Notes under the pieces: generated by a model | What the model was told of the DNA's origin: nothing | The model's database searches: none | The model's input: only the letters and a program-made list of their open reading frames with translations | In this document: positions 1-11,449 of the stretch, piece by piece | Numbering within the stretch: position 1 is the stretch's first letter | How the letters are laid out: the number at the start of each line of letters is the position of its first letter | Source: an uncultured Acidiferrobacter sp. | GTDB lineage: Bacteria; Pseudomonadota; Gammaproteobacteria; Arenicellales; UBA868 | Reading direction: 5' to 3' | Length of the DNA stretch: 35,871 nucleotides | Assembly (NCBI GenBank): GCA_964432165.1 | Contig: CAYSMI010000001.1 | Span: forward strand, 23,242-59,112 | Translations under genes and position numbers: made by a program

Positions 1-1
1 A

Positions 2-1621
<1,620 letters not shown>

Positions 1622-1728
1622 GGGGGATCCCCGTCCGGAATCGCTCCCCAATGCGTTAGAATCCGGGCCTCATTTTTTTGAGACTGGCGTCAAAGGTCCC
1701 GGTGCCGGCGTGGAACGAGTAGTAGCAG

Positions 1729-4389
1729 ATGAAAGATTCCTTCAATTCAAGAATCGCCCTGGATGTTAACGGCAAGCGTTATCAGATATGCGCGCTCGAT
1801 GCCCTCGAGCCACGTTTTGACCTCAGCCGTCTGCCGGTGACACTGAAAATTCTCCTGGAAAATCTTCTGAGAACCGAAGACGGGATCAACGTGACCGCCG
1901 ACGATGTCGAAGCGCTCGCAGGATGGAAGCCCCGGAGCGGAAGTGAAACCGAGATTGCGTTTACCCCGGCCCGCGTCCTGATGCAGGACTTCACCGGGGT
2001 TCCCGCAGTGGTGGATCTCGCCGCCATGCGCGAGGCGGTAGCGAATCTGAACGGCGATCCGGACAGGGTGAACCCGCTTTCTCCCGCTGATCTCGTTATC
2101 GATCATTCGGTCATGGTGGACCATTTCGGGAAACCTCAGGCACTAAAAAGCAATGCGGAACTGGAATACAGTCGCAATGCAGAACGCTACGCCTTTTTAC
2201 GCTGGGGCCAGACGGCTTTCAGCAATTTTCGCGTAGTGCCCCCGGCGACGGGAATCGTCCATCAGGTCAATATTGAATATCTGGCGAGTGTCATATTCAG
2301 CCGTGAAACAGATGGTAGTGAGGTTGCTTACCCGGATACTGTCGTTGGAACGGACTCCCACACGACGATGGTAAATGGACTCGGTGTGCTGGGTTGGGGG
2401 GTGGGCGGTATTGAGGCGGAGGCCGCCATGCTCGGTCAACCCGTTACCATGCTGATTCCGGAGGTGGTGGGTTTCGAGCTCACAGGCACCTTGACCGAGG
2501 GGGCAACCGCAACGGATCTGGTGCTGACCGTGGTGGAAATACTTCGACGCAAGGGAGTGGTCGGAAAATTCGTCGAGTTCTTCGGTGATGGGCTGGATCA
2601 TCTTTCCCTGGCGGACAAGGCGACCATCGCCAATATGGCGCCGGAGTACGGGGCCACCTGCGGATTCTTTCCTATCGATAACGAAGCCCTGAACTATCTG
2701 CGGTTGACGGGCCGTTCGGAGGAGGAAATTGCCCTGGTCGAAGCGTACAGCCGGCGACAGGGACTCTTTCGAACAGCCGGCACCGTGCCCGCGCAATACA
2801 ACGACACCGTCAGCCTGAATCTTGCGGAAGTGGTGGCGAGCATTGCGGGGCCCAAGCGCCCCCAGGACAGGATCGCCCTCAGCGAAGCCAAGCATCGTAT
2901 CAGCGAGTCGCTCGCGACCGCCCGTGACGGCGACGATGCGCGAGGGCAGTCGCTGACGCTGGAGGGTGTGGAACACACGCTCCCTGACCTTGCTGTCGTG
3001 ATTGCAGCGATCACGAGTTGTACCAATACCTCGAACCCTGGCGTGATCATGGCGGCCGGTCTGTTGGCCCAAAATGCCCGGGAGCGAGGGCTGTCGGTGA
3101 AGCCCTGGGTCAAGACCTCACTTGCGCCGGGGTCCAAGGTGGTTACGGATTATCTCGCGGATGCGGGACTGCTGGATGATCTTGAGGCGATCGGTTTTGC
3201 CGTTGTCGGCTATGGATGTACCACCTGTATCGGTAATTCCGGACCATTGCCTGTTGCGGTGAGTTCCGCGATCAAAGATGGCGAGTTGATCGTCTGCTCG
3301 GTGTTATCGGGGAACCGTAACTTCGAAGGCCGGGTCCACGCGGAGGTCCGGATGAACTTTCTCGCCTCACCGCCTCTGGTAGTCGCCTACGCATTGGCAG
3401 GGACTACGGATATTGATTTCGCATCCGAACCGATCGGCTTGGACGCGCAGGGCCTGCCCGTCATGCTGAGCGAGATCTGGCCGCAGACCAAAGAGATCAA
3501 CAGCGCAGTTGATGCCCACGTGACCCGGGAGATGTTCCGTACCCGCTACGCCGATGTGTTCCGTGGGGATGACCTCTGGCAGGCAGTCCCGGTAAGCGCG
3601 GGTACCCGGTTTTCCTGGGATTCAGACTCAACCTATGTCCGGCGCCCCCCTTATTTTGACGGTATGAGCATGGACCCACCCGGAATACCCACGGTAAATG
3701 GGGCTCGGGCGCTGGCCGTTCTGGGTGACAGCATCACGACCGACCATATCTCCCCGGCGGGTGCTATTCAGGCAGACAGTCCTGCGGGGGAATACTTGAG
3801 TGAGCATGGTATCGCCCCAGCCGACTTCAACTCATATGGGTCACGGCGTGGCAATCATGAAGTCATGATGCGTGGCACCTTCGCCAACATCCGCTTGCGC
3901 AACGCGATGGCGCCGGGTACCGAGGGGGGATGGACCTGTTTCCAGCCGTCAGGAGAGCAGATGACCATCTTCTCGGCAGCAAAGCGTTATGCTGAGGCAG
4001 ATACGCCATTGGTGGTGATTGGGGGAAAGGAGTACGGTACCGGCTCTTCCCGCGACTGGGCAGCTAAGGGTGTTGCTCTGCTGGGGGTCAAGGCCGTGTT
4101 GGTTGAAAGCTTTGAGCGCATTCACCGCTCTAACCTCGTGGGCATGGGGGTCTTACCGTTGCAGTTTATTGAGGGGCAAAGCGCCGCTGGTCTTGGTATC
4201 GATGGTAGCGAAGTATTCGATATCGTCCGTCCTGAAGTTGGCGCTGACGACGTTTTGATCGAGATGATCCGGGCCGACGGGAGCAAGCAGGAATTTGTGG
4301 CTCGGGTCCGGATCGATACGCCCAAGGAGTGGGACTACTACTGTCACGGGGGAATACTTCCCTACATGGTCCGCCAGTTACTCGCCTAG
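1729..4389 (+). CDS. acnA: Aconitate hydratase A
   Basis: 886 aa with RVLMQDFTGVPAVVDLAAMR, DLVIDHSV, GTDSHT, AAITSCTNTSNP, GYGCTTCIGNSG (4Fe-4S Cys ligands), SGNRNFEGR, TTDHISPAG and GSSRDWAAKG. Confidence 0.98.
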   Translation: MKDSFNSRIALDVNGKRYQICALDALEPRFDLSRLPVTLKILLENLLRTEDGINVTADDVEALAGWKPRSGSETEIAFTPARVLMQDFTGVPAVVDLAAMREAVANLNGDPDRVNPLSPADLVIDHSVMVDHFGKPQALKSNAELEYSRNAERYAFLRWGQTAFSNFRVVPPATGIVHQVNIEYLASVIFSRETDGSEVAYPDTVVGTDSHTTMVNGLGVLGWGVGGIEAEAAMLGQPVTMLIPEVVGFELTGTLTEGATATDLVLTVVEILRRKGVVGKFVEFFGDGLDHLSLADKATIANMAPEYGATCGFFPIDNEALNYLRLTGRSEEEIALVEAYSRRQGLFRTAGTVPAQYNDTVSLNLAEVVASIAGPKRPQDRIALSEAKHRISESLATARDGDDARGQSLTLEGVEHTLPDLAVVIAAITSCTNTSNPGVIMAAGLLAQNARERGLSVKPWVKTSLAPGSKVVTDYLADAGLLDDLEAIGFAVVGYGCTTCIGNSGPLPVAVSSAIKDGELIVCSVLSGNRNFEGRVHAEVRMNFLASPPLVVAYALAGTTDIDFASEPIGLDAQGLPVMLSEIWPQTKEINSAVDAHVTREMFRTRYADVFRGDDLWQAVPVSAGTRFSWDSDSTYVRRPPYFDGMSMDPPGIPTVNGARALAVLGDSITTDHISPAGAIQADSPAGEYLSEHGIAPADFNSYGSRRGNHEVMMRGTFANIRLRNAMAPGTEGGWTCFQPSGEQMTIFSAAKRYAEADTPLVVIGGKEYGTGSSRDWAAKGVALLGVKAVLVESFERIHRSNLVGMGVLPLQFIEGQSAAGLGIDGSEVFDIVRPEVGADDVLIEMIRADGSKQEFVARVRIDTPKEWDYYCHGGILPYMVRQLLA

Positions 4390-4407
4390 GCGCATGTTGT
4401 TGGGGCG

Positions 4408-5298
4408 CTAAGATCCGCTTTCTCGAGGCTGAATCACGGCGACCGCAATGAGAATCAGCGCAAGGGCCAGTAGCAGGCCTAGGGAAAGCTGTTCCTTCAG
4501 AAAAATGGCGCCCCATAGCGCCCCCAGAACTGGGACGAGATAATTGACTTGAGCAAAACGGTTAGCGCCAAGGCGGGGGATCAGATAGAAAAAGATCAGG
4601 TTCGCCACCGCTGTTGAACCTATCCCGAGATAGAACATTGCCACGATTGCCTCGGGCTCGGGCTGAAGGGTCCAGGGAGCCTCGAAGATCAGCGTTGCCG
4701 GTAATGACCAGACAAATGCGGCGACCATCGCTCCCGATGCCAGCGAAGGCCAGTTGGCGGGTTGTGCGAAATAGCGTACGAATGTCGCCGAGGCGCCGTA
4801 ACAGACGGCACAAAGGACAATCGCAAGCTGTGCAAGGATCGGTGCTGTCAGACCGGCGAGTGCGTCTGGCCCAAGCAGGGCCGCAACACTGCCAAAGCCC
4901 AGCGCAATCCCCAGCCCGATTCGAAGGGTAAAGGGCTCCTCTGGTATAAAACTATGAGCAAGCATTGCAGTGGCAATCGGCATGACCCCCATCAATACGG
5001 CTGCTAGGCCGCTGTCAATATAAATCTCGCCCCAACTGAGGAGGGTAAAGGGTAATGCGTTGCCCACCAGGCCAACAAACGCGACGACTCCCCAGGAACG
5101 GGCATCCCGGGGAAGCCGGTAGCCGCGGCTCCGGAGCCAGGTATACAGGATGACGGCCGCGATACCGAGGCGTGCGCTGGCCAATGTCAGCGGGCCTACG
5201 CTTTCGACGCCAACCTTGATAAACACAAAAGATGTGCTCCACAACGTAGCCAGAAACAGGAGCAGGGCGTAATCTTTTGAGATCCACATCGGTTTCAT
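4408..5298 (-). CDS. EamA/DMT family transporter
   Basis: 296 aa with about 10 hydrophobic helices in two EamA-like repeats (W.TSF.FIK, RL.IAA, SGLAAVL, YLVPVLGALWGAIFLKE). Confidence 0.9.
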   Translation of the reverse strand: MKPMWISKDYALLLFLATLWSTSFVFIKVGVESVGPLTLASARLGIAAVILYTWLRSRGYRLPRDARSWGVVAFVGLVGNALPFTLLSWGEIYIDSGLAAVLMGVMPIATAMLAHSFIPEEPFTLRIGLGIALGFGSVAALLGPDALAGLTAPILAQLAIVLCAVCYGASATFVRYFAQPANWPSLASGAMVAAFVWSLPATLIFEAPWTLQPEPEAIVAMFYLGIGSTAVANLIFFYLIPRLGANRFAQVNYLVPVLGALWGAIFLKEQLSLGLLLALALILIAVAVIQPRESGS

Positions 5299-5386
5299 AA
5301 CGTCAAAGTCCGGCAGAAAGCATGATCACAAACGGGGAAAAAGGTAATCTACCGGTTTTCCCGAGCACTCACGAGGCTTGCAAGCC

Positions 5387-6187
5387 GTGCCTGACCCGTC
5401 TTCGTCCGTTCCAACACTTTTGAACTCCCGGGAGAAGCCGCCTTACTCTGTCTACAACCCGCAAGGACAGTCCGGATTGGTCCTGGTTTGCGATCATGCC
5501 CAAAATGCCATACCCCATTCCCTGGGCACGCTCGGGCTGTCGCAGACAACGCTTGACACGCACATCGCCCTGGATATTGGTTGTGAGGCACTCTCCGCTG
5601 CAGTTGCCGATCGACTCGATTGCGTCCTTGTCGTTGCCGGCTTCTCACGGCTCGTGGTGGACCTGAACCGGCATCCTGAGCATCCGACGTCAATTCCGTT
5701 GGCGAGCGATGGCGTTGAGGTACCCGGCAACCAGCAGTTGAGCGGGCATGACCGCCGCCAGCGGATCGACGAGATTTTTTCTCCTTATCACGAAGCGGTG
5801 GCCGCCGAGGTCAAACGGGTCAGCGCACAGCATCCCCGAATCTCCCTGATCTCCCTGCACAGTTTCACCCCATACGCGGAGGGTGCAAGCCGGCCATGGC
5901 ACCTCGGTATCCTGTGGAGCCGGGATCAGCGCCTGAGTCAGCCGCTCCTGAAGAGCCTGCGCGAGAATCCCGATTTATGTGTCGGCGATAACCAGCCCTA
6001 TGATGCCAGGGCGCATCTTGGCTATACCGTGGATGCGTACGTGCATGTAGACGGCCTTGCCCAGGTAATGATTGAGGTGCGCCAGGACCTTCTGGAGTCC
6101 GAAGAGGGGATTTCCCGGTGGGCGGATCTTTTGGCAGAGCACCTAAAGGACGCACTCGCCACCTGGGGTGTGTTTATCAACTGCTGA
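5387..6187 (+). CDS. N-formylglutamate amidohydrolase family protein
   Basis: Motifs VCDHA, HIALDIG, FSRLVVDLNR, PYH, SLHSFTP, GDNQPY and IEVRQDL. Start placed at GTG 5387 because GAGG at 5373-5376 is suitably spaced from it; the ORF track uses TTG 5378. Confidence 0.9.
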   Translation: MPDPSSSVPTLLNSREKPPYSVYNPQGQSGLVLVCDHAQNAIPHSLGTLGLSQTTLDTHIALDIGCEALSAAVADRLDCVLVVAGFSRLVVDLNRHPEHPTSIPLASDGVEVPGNQQLSGHDRRQRIDEIFSPYHEAVAAEVKRVSAQHPRISLISLHSFTPYAEGASRPWHLGILWSRDQRLSQPLLKSLRENPDLCVGDNQPYDARAHLGYTVDAYVHVDGLAQVMIEVRQDLLESEEGISRWADLLAEHLKDALATWGVFINC

Positions 6188-6199
6188 GATGCTCGCGCA

Positions 6200-7126
6200 T
6201 CAAGTCGACTCCGAGCGCAACCCGACTCCCTGGCAATCGACCTCAAAGTCGTTTAGGTGTTCAAGAAATTCACACTTACTCTTGGGCATGGGAACCCGGA
6301 CGCCCGCCATGTAGGAGATGAGATCCGCGCCATCACTGAGGAGACGGCAGCCGCGCTGTAACTGAACGCGAGCGCGCGTGCCGATGCCTGCAGGCTGCGC
6401 CGGGTTAAAAGCCTTAATCTGCTCCTTGATCGTGACAAACTCGGGCCAGTTACTGAAGAAATCGGGATCGCTTTTCATCATCTCGCACTCGACACGGGCA
6501 GCTCGCGCGAATTCGCGCACGATACTGCCAATGCCTTGAAAGCTCGGCATGCATCCATAAACGGCCTCGATGCGCTCGGCGATATCGTCAATTGCCTTCA
6601 TGGTCTGAGAGATCTTGATATAGCGGCTGGCGTAGTAACTGGCAATGGTGTGGGTGAAAACGTTGAAGGGCTCACCCCACAGTTCGTCAATGCCTTCATG
6701 ACCGCTCGGATGGCGCACCTGTTTTCCCAGTTCAAGCGCTTCCTCGAAACAGGCGCTGCATTCGCGCATGAGCTCGTTATCCTGGCTGACGGCAATGCCC
6801 TCGCTTTCAAGATCAACGATGCTGGTGAAGATATCCGTTGCCCGGTTGAAAAGTGCGCCTGCTAGCATCGCTGCATTTACCCGCTTGCGGGCGGGGTCCT
6901 CCTCCGCTTCGTAACTGGTCCGGGCGGCCTCGGTCTTGCTCCCGGGTGTGTTGATCCCGGGTTCGGTGTGATGGAAGGTCCGACGCGTCAGACTCAGCAG
7001 CAGGTCACGCTTTGCCGCGAGGGTCTCCTCCGGGGGTGCGTAGTAGCGGATCCAGTAGCCGTCGTAGAAGATATGAGGCCGCCCATTAATGTCTTTGCGC
7101 GACCCGTTGTTGATATTGGCATTCAT
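6200..7126 (-). CDS. Conserved hypothetical protein (308 aa, predicted soluble and mostly helical)
   Basis: Long ORF that fills the gap between neighbours, starting 12 bp after the hydantoinase stop. Protein-like composition with motifs YDGYWIRYY, TRRTFHHTEPGINTPG, ALFNRATD and GHEGIDELWGEP. No function recognised. Confidence 0.8.
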   Translation of the reverse strand: MNANINNGSRKDINGRPHIFYDGYWIRYYAPPEETLAAKRDLLLSLTRRTFHHTEPGINTPGSKTEAARTSYEAEEDPARKRVNAAMLAGALFNRATDIFTSIVDLESEGIAVSQDNELMRECSACFEEALELGKQVRHPSGHEGIDELWGEPFNVFTHTIASYYASRYIKISQTMKAIDDIAERIEAVYGCMPSFQGIGSIVREFARAARVECEMMKSDPDFFSNWPEFVTIKEQIKAFNPAQPAGIGTRARVQLQRGCRLLSDGADLISYMAGVRVPMPKSKCEFLEHLNDFEVDCQGVGLRSEST

Positions 7127-7138
7127 GCTCTGGCGGGT

Positions 7139-9235
7139 TCAGTCAGTGTCCGGGGCCTGACTTGCGCGCGATTGTACGCCTGTAGAGGCGCTCAGCAAAC
7201 CCGCCTTGGAGGGTATATGTGTAAGCGCCGGCCGGCCCGTTGCGGTAGCCCTGACTCGCCCTTCAAAAAACACGATAGAAGCCGAATCTGGGTCATCAAC
7301 GGAGTCCAGATCGCGCTCGACGTCAATGTGCAACTCCTCGGCACCGGCAGAACGCGCCTTATCCCGAGCCAGTTGGGTTGCCAGTTCTCCTGCCGTGCCA
7401 AGCGCCCGCTCGAGATCGTCAAAGTCGGCGGGGCCGCTGGGCGCAAATACCCGGAAAATCCCCTGGAGAGGCTGCGTCACCGTCACCTGCGCTCTTTGCA
7501 CTATGCTGCTGGCTACGGCGCCTACCGCATTGGCCACAGACGAGTGGTCCGGTACTGACAAGTCAATATTGAAATTCTGGGCGACCCGGGGGTAGTAGAG
7601 TGCTGCCGGAGCGCCGACGGCAACCAATGACCGCGTAGTGTCGAGTTTCAGGGAAAAGACTCCCCCATCGATCGCACTTTTGCCAGATATCCAGTCGCTG
7701 AAAAGGCGGGCAGTCCGCTCCCGCTCAGTATGGTGAGTTTCCCCAGGGTCGGTGGCGAGACACGCCGAGACCAGTGCCGCACAAATGGCCTGCACCATAT
7801 GCTCCTCAACCGCAAGGCTGGGTCCTGTGGGATCTCCCTCGTCAAATTTTCCCCAGCCATAAACCTGCCGCATCTGTTTTGCCCAGGCAACGGCGGCGAG
7901 CTCTGCTGCACGGGCCGACCAGTGATTTGCCTTTCCCAACACATGCGCGGCATCGGTTGGGGTAAACCCGCTGTAGATGGCAATTCCATCGCGTACCAGT
8001 CGTGCAACCGCCCGCGTTATTGGACGGTCAGCCTGGGAAAGCGATTCGATATCCAGTGGCCCGTTCTGCAGTCGTTCCCAGGCAGCAGTTTCCTCCGGTG
8101 AAAATGACTGCTTTTGACTGGCCTCGGCGAACAGGGCAACGGCAAACCGGTTACTCCTTGGGCTGATGGGCAAGTCCACCCGGTGTTCCAGCGTTGCCAG
8201 GACCTCTGGATACCGATGCACCAGAAGGCTCATCGGAATCACCCTACGCGGCCCGATGGCAAGCCCCACGCCCCCCTGGAAGCGCACCTCGCTGTCACCC
8301 CCAAGACCGAGAGAAAAGACCCGGACCGCCTCCACCATGGGTCGCCATTCCCCAATAACGGTTGCTTTGGCGCTGATCACGGGGCGTCCGTCGGTGACGA
8401 TGGCGATATCGGTGGTGGTGCCGCCCATGTCGGCGATGATCGCGTTTTGCTGCGGTTGCAGTTGGGCTGCACCCATGACGCTGGCTGCAGGGCCGGAAAG
8501 AATGGTCTCCACCGGCCGGGCGAGCGCTGTGTCGGCACTGATCAAAGAGCCGTCTCCTTTCACCATCATCAACGGTGAGTGGATCTCCCGTTCCTCAAGG
8601 ATTCGCTTAACCGCGCGAACCAGTTCATCGATATAGGGGATGAGTGAAGCGTTCAACGCGACCGTGAGCGCCCGCCGCGGGGCATCAAGCTGTGAGGCGA
8701 GTTCATGACCGCAGGTCACCGGTTTGCCCGTCAGTGAGGAAACCAATTCCCGGAGCTGAACTTCGTGACCCGGGTTGCGTACGCCGAAAAGCCCGGAGAT
8801 ACCGAAGGCGGCTACCTTATCGTGCTGTTCGATGATGATCTGGCGGGCACGGTCAAGGTCCAGCGGCTCACGCTCACCGCCACCGGCGTCATGACCACCG
8901 GGGATCAGTGCACAATGGCCGCCACGGACAATGTGCTCCAGCCGGGCCTGATCTACCTGCCGGGAGTCGTAGCCGGCGAGTAGTAGGCAGACAGGTGTCC
9001 CGCGCCCTTCAACAACCGCATTGGTCGCGAGGGTCGTTGATAATGATGCCAGCGAGACCTGCGATAGCCGCTCGCCAGGCAACTGGTCGATTGCCTGGCG
9101 GATACCGACCGTAAGCTGGTGATGGGTCGTCAACGCCTTCGCGGTGCTGACAACCGTGCCATCGGGGTCGAGCAGGACCGCGTCGGTGTAGGTGCCGCCG
9201 GTATCGATGCCGAGTCGAAGCGGCGATAGGGTCAT
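7139..9235 (-). CDS. Hydantoinase/oxoprolinase family protein (HyuA-like ATP-binding chain)
   Basis: Motifs LGIDTGGTYTDA, STTLATNAVVEG, PVETILSGPAAS, DMGGTTTDIA, GLGGDS, FTPTDAAHVLG and ANAVGA. Confidence 0.9.
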   Translation of the reverse strand: MTLSPLRLGIDTGGTYTDAVLLDPDGTVVSTAKALTTHHQLTVGIRQAIDQLPGERLSQVSLASLSTTLATNAVVEGRGTPVCLLLAGYDSRQVDQARLEHIVRGGHCALIPGGHDAGGGEREPLDLDRARQIIIEQHDKVAAFGISGLFGVRNPGHEVQLRELVSSLTGKPVTCGHELASQLDAPRRALTVALNASLIPYIDELVRAVKRILEEREIHSPLMMVKGDGSLISADTALARPVETILSGPAASVMGAAQLQPQQNAIIADMGGTTTDIAIVTDGRPVISAKATVIGEWRPMVEAVRVFSLGLGGDSEVRFQGGVGLAIGPRRVIPMSLLVHRYPEVLATLEHRVDLPISPRSNRFAVALFAEASQKQSFSPEETAAWERLQNGPLDIESLSQADRPITRAVARLVRDGIAIYSGFTPTDAAHVLGKANHWSARAAELAAVAWAKQMRQVYGWGKFDEGDPTGPSLAVEEHMVQAICAALVSACLATDPGETHHTERERTARLFSDWISGKSAIDGGVFSLKLDTTRSLVAVGAPAALYYPRVAQNFNIDLSVPDHSSVANAVGAVASSIVQRAQVTVTQPLQGIFRVFAPSGPADFDDLERALGTAGELATQLARDKARSAGAEELHIDVERDLDSVDDPDSASIVFFEGRVRATATGRPALTHIPSKAGLLSASTGVQSRASQAPDTD

Positions 9236-9293
9236 CGGATCAACGCTGGTAGTGTTGGCAGCGCCGAACGGTGCCTAAACGGAATATCTCGGC

Positions 9294-10148
9294 TTAAGCG
9301 CTGTAATCATAGAAGCCCCGCCCGCTTTTGCGCCCGAGATAGCCCGCATCGACCATCTGTTTCAGCAGCGGACACGGCCGGAACTTCGAGTCTCCAAACT
9401 CCTGATGCAGGACACCCATGACCCACAGGCAGACGTCAAGGCCGATCATGTCCGCGAGAGCGAGAGGTCCCATCGGATGGGCGGCGCCAAGCTTCATGGC
9501 AGCATCAATATCCTTTGCCTCTGCAAGGCCTTCGTAGAGAATGAACACCGCTTCATTAATCATGGGCACCAGCATCCGGTTCACCACAAAGCCCGGGCTG
9601 TCTTTCACGCTGACCGGGGTTTTGCCAAGATCACGGGCAAGGGTATCAATGGCGCTGTAGGTCTCGTCGGATGTCTGCAGGGCACGGATGACTTCCACGA
9701 GCGCCATCAGTGGCACAGGATTGAAAAAGTGCATCCCTACGACTCGGTCGGGACGACCGCTGCCTGCGGCGATACGCGTTAGCGAAAGCGACGACGTGTT
9801 GGAGGCGAGAATTGTGTGCTCAGGGCAGATCTCGTTGAGGCGGGGGAATATCTCCATCTTGATATCCATGTTTTCGCTGGCGGCTTCCACGATAAGATCG
9901 CAACCGGCCATCGTGTCGATATCCGTTGCCGTCTGGATTCTTCCCAGAGTCTGATCACTGTCTTCCTGACTGATTTTCTCCTTGCTCACCAGCCGTCCGA
10001 GGCTGTTTTGGATTCCGCCCAGTCCTTTCTGGACAAGCTCATCAGATACATCCTGCATGACGACGTCGTAGCCGTGAACAGCACAGGTCTGCGCAATGCC
10101 GTTGCCCATCGTGCCCGCGCCTACGACGCCAATACTCTGTAATTTCAT
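9294..10148 (-). CDS. hbd: 3-hydroxybutyryl-CoA dehydrogenase
   Basis: Rossmann motif VVGAGTMGNGIA, plus ASNTSS, GMHFFNPVP, PGFVVNR, HPMGPL.LAD.IGLD and GYLGRKSGRGFY. Confidence 0.93.
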   Translation of the reverse strand: MKLQSIGVVGAGTMGNGIAQTCAVHGYDVVMQDVSDELVQKGLGGIQNSLGRLVSKEKISQEDSDQTLGRIQTATDIDTMAGCDLIVEAASENMDIKMEIFPRLNEICPEHTILASNTSSLSLTRIAAGSGRPDRVVGMHFFNPVPLMALVEVIRALQTSDETYSAIDTLARDLGKTPVSVKDSPGFVVNRMLVPMINEAVFILYEGLAEAKDIDAAMKLGAAHPMGPLALADMIGLDVCLWVMGVLHQEFGDSKFRPCPLLKQMVDAGYLGRKSGRGFYDYSA

Positions 10149-10274
10149 ATGAAAATGTGGTCCCGGACCGGAAAGTTCGTTCCAGAGGACGGCAAGGCTA
10201 CCGCAAACCGGGTTTCAGTCCAAACCGCTGTGGCCGGGTGGTCGTCCATATTTCAGAATCTGGCGCGTTCGGAA

Positions 10275-10280
10275 TAGACT
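10275..10280 (+). promoter_or_regulatory. Putative -10 hexamer (TAGACT) 8 nt upstream of the argE ATG; possible leaderless transcript
   Basis: Sequence reads ggaaTAGACTagtaccctATG, with no well-placed Shine-Dalgarno. Confidence 0.35.
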
Positions 10281-10288
10281 AGTACCCT

Positions 10289-11428
10289 ATGGAAAGCCTC
10301 TCCGTTATTGAAGAACTGATCGGGTTCGAAACCGTATCCCGGGACAGCAATCTTCCTTTGATTGATTTTGTCCAGAATTTTCTTTACGACCAGGGGGTGG
10401 ATTCTCGGCGTGTCCCAAGCGCAGACGGGCGCAAATCCAACCTCGTGGCAACGGTAGGACCTGAAGTTTCAGGAGGGATTGTGCTCTCTGGCCATACCGA
10501 TGTGGTGCCGGTGGATGGACAGGACTGGAGTAGCGATCCCTTTGCGTTCAGCCAGCGTAGTGACCGCTGGTACGGCCGGGGCAGTTGCGACATGAAAGGG
10601 TTTATCGGGATTGCGCTTTCCCTGGTGCCACAGATGAAAGCGCTGCGCAAGCCGGTCCATTTTGCGCTGTCCTATGACGAAGAGGTCGGCTGCCTGGGGG
10701 CGCCGGATATGATTAAGGTCATCCGGGATGAACTGCCGGAGCCGATGGGGGTGATTGTCGGCGAGCCGACGGGTATGGCGGCAGTGACTGCACACAAAGG
10801 CATTGTTGGCCTGCGGACAACGGTCCGGGGATACGAGGCGCACTCCAGCCAGACCCACCGTGGCGTCAGTGCCGTCATGACCGCAGCGCGTCTGGTGAGT
10901 CATTTGGAGCGTGTGGCAGGTGATCTTGCTGCGTCGACGCCTGCAGATAACGGGTTTGAGCCCCATGCCACATCGGTTCATGTTGGGGTTATTCACGGCG
11001 GGACTGCGCTCAACATTATCTCTGGCCAGTGCGAGTTCACCTGGGATATCCGCAATATCCCGGGGGATGATCCGCAGGTATTGATCGACAATTTTGAAGC
11101 GTTCTGTAAGCGTGAGGTCTTGCCGGGAATGCGGGCCCGTCATGAGGCTTGCAGTATTAATACCGATATCCTGGCCTGCTGCCCCGCTTTTGACGATGCG
11201 GACTCGTCCATTCTCGGTTTGGTGCAGTCGCTGAGCGGCAGGACTGACTCCTACAAAGTTGCGTATACGGCAGAGGCGGGCCAGTATCAGGGTGCCGGCT
11301 TTCCTACCGTTTTATGTGGACCGGGCTCCATTGATCAGGCGCATCAGCCTGATGAATATATCGAAGCAAGCGAGGTGCAGGCCGGAGAGCGGTTCTTGAG
11401 GACGCTGGTGACCGAACTGTCATCCTGA
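10289..11428 (+). CDS. argE: Acetylornithine deacetylase (M20 family)
   Basis: Motifs LSGHTDVVP, GRGSCDMKGF, SYDEEVGC.GA, VGEPT, AHKG, AHSS and GPGSIDQAHQPDEY. Confidence 0.92.
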   Translation: MESLSVIEELIGFETVSRDSNLPLIDFVQNFLYDQGVDSRRVPSADGRKSNLVATVGPEVSGGIVLSGHTDVVPVDGQDWSSDPFAFSQRSDRWYGRGSCDMKGFIGIALSLVPQMKALRKPVHFALSYDEEVGCLGAPDMIKVIRDELPEPMGVIVGEPTGMAAVTAHKGIVGLRTTVRGYEAHSSQTHRGVSAVMTAARLVSHLERVAGDLAASTPADNGFEPHATSVHVGVIHGGTALNIISGQCEFTWDIRNIPGDDPQVLIDNFEAFCKREVLPGMRARHEACSINTDILACCPAFDDADSSILGLVQSLSGRTDSYKVAYTAEAGQYQGAGFPTVLCGPGSIDQAHQPDEYIEASEVQAGERFLRTLVTELSS

Positions 11429-11449
11429 AGGATGGCCCACGGGATTGCG

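Noticed and set aside
1622-1728. Possible IRE-like hairpin upstream of acnA (CTCA-TTTTTT-TGAG)
   Set aside because: Only a 4-bp stem and no CAGUG loop; chance level.
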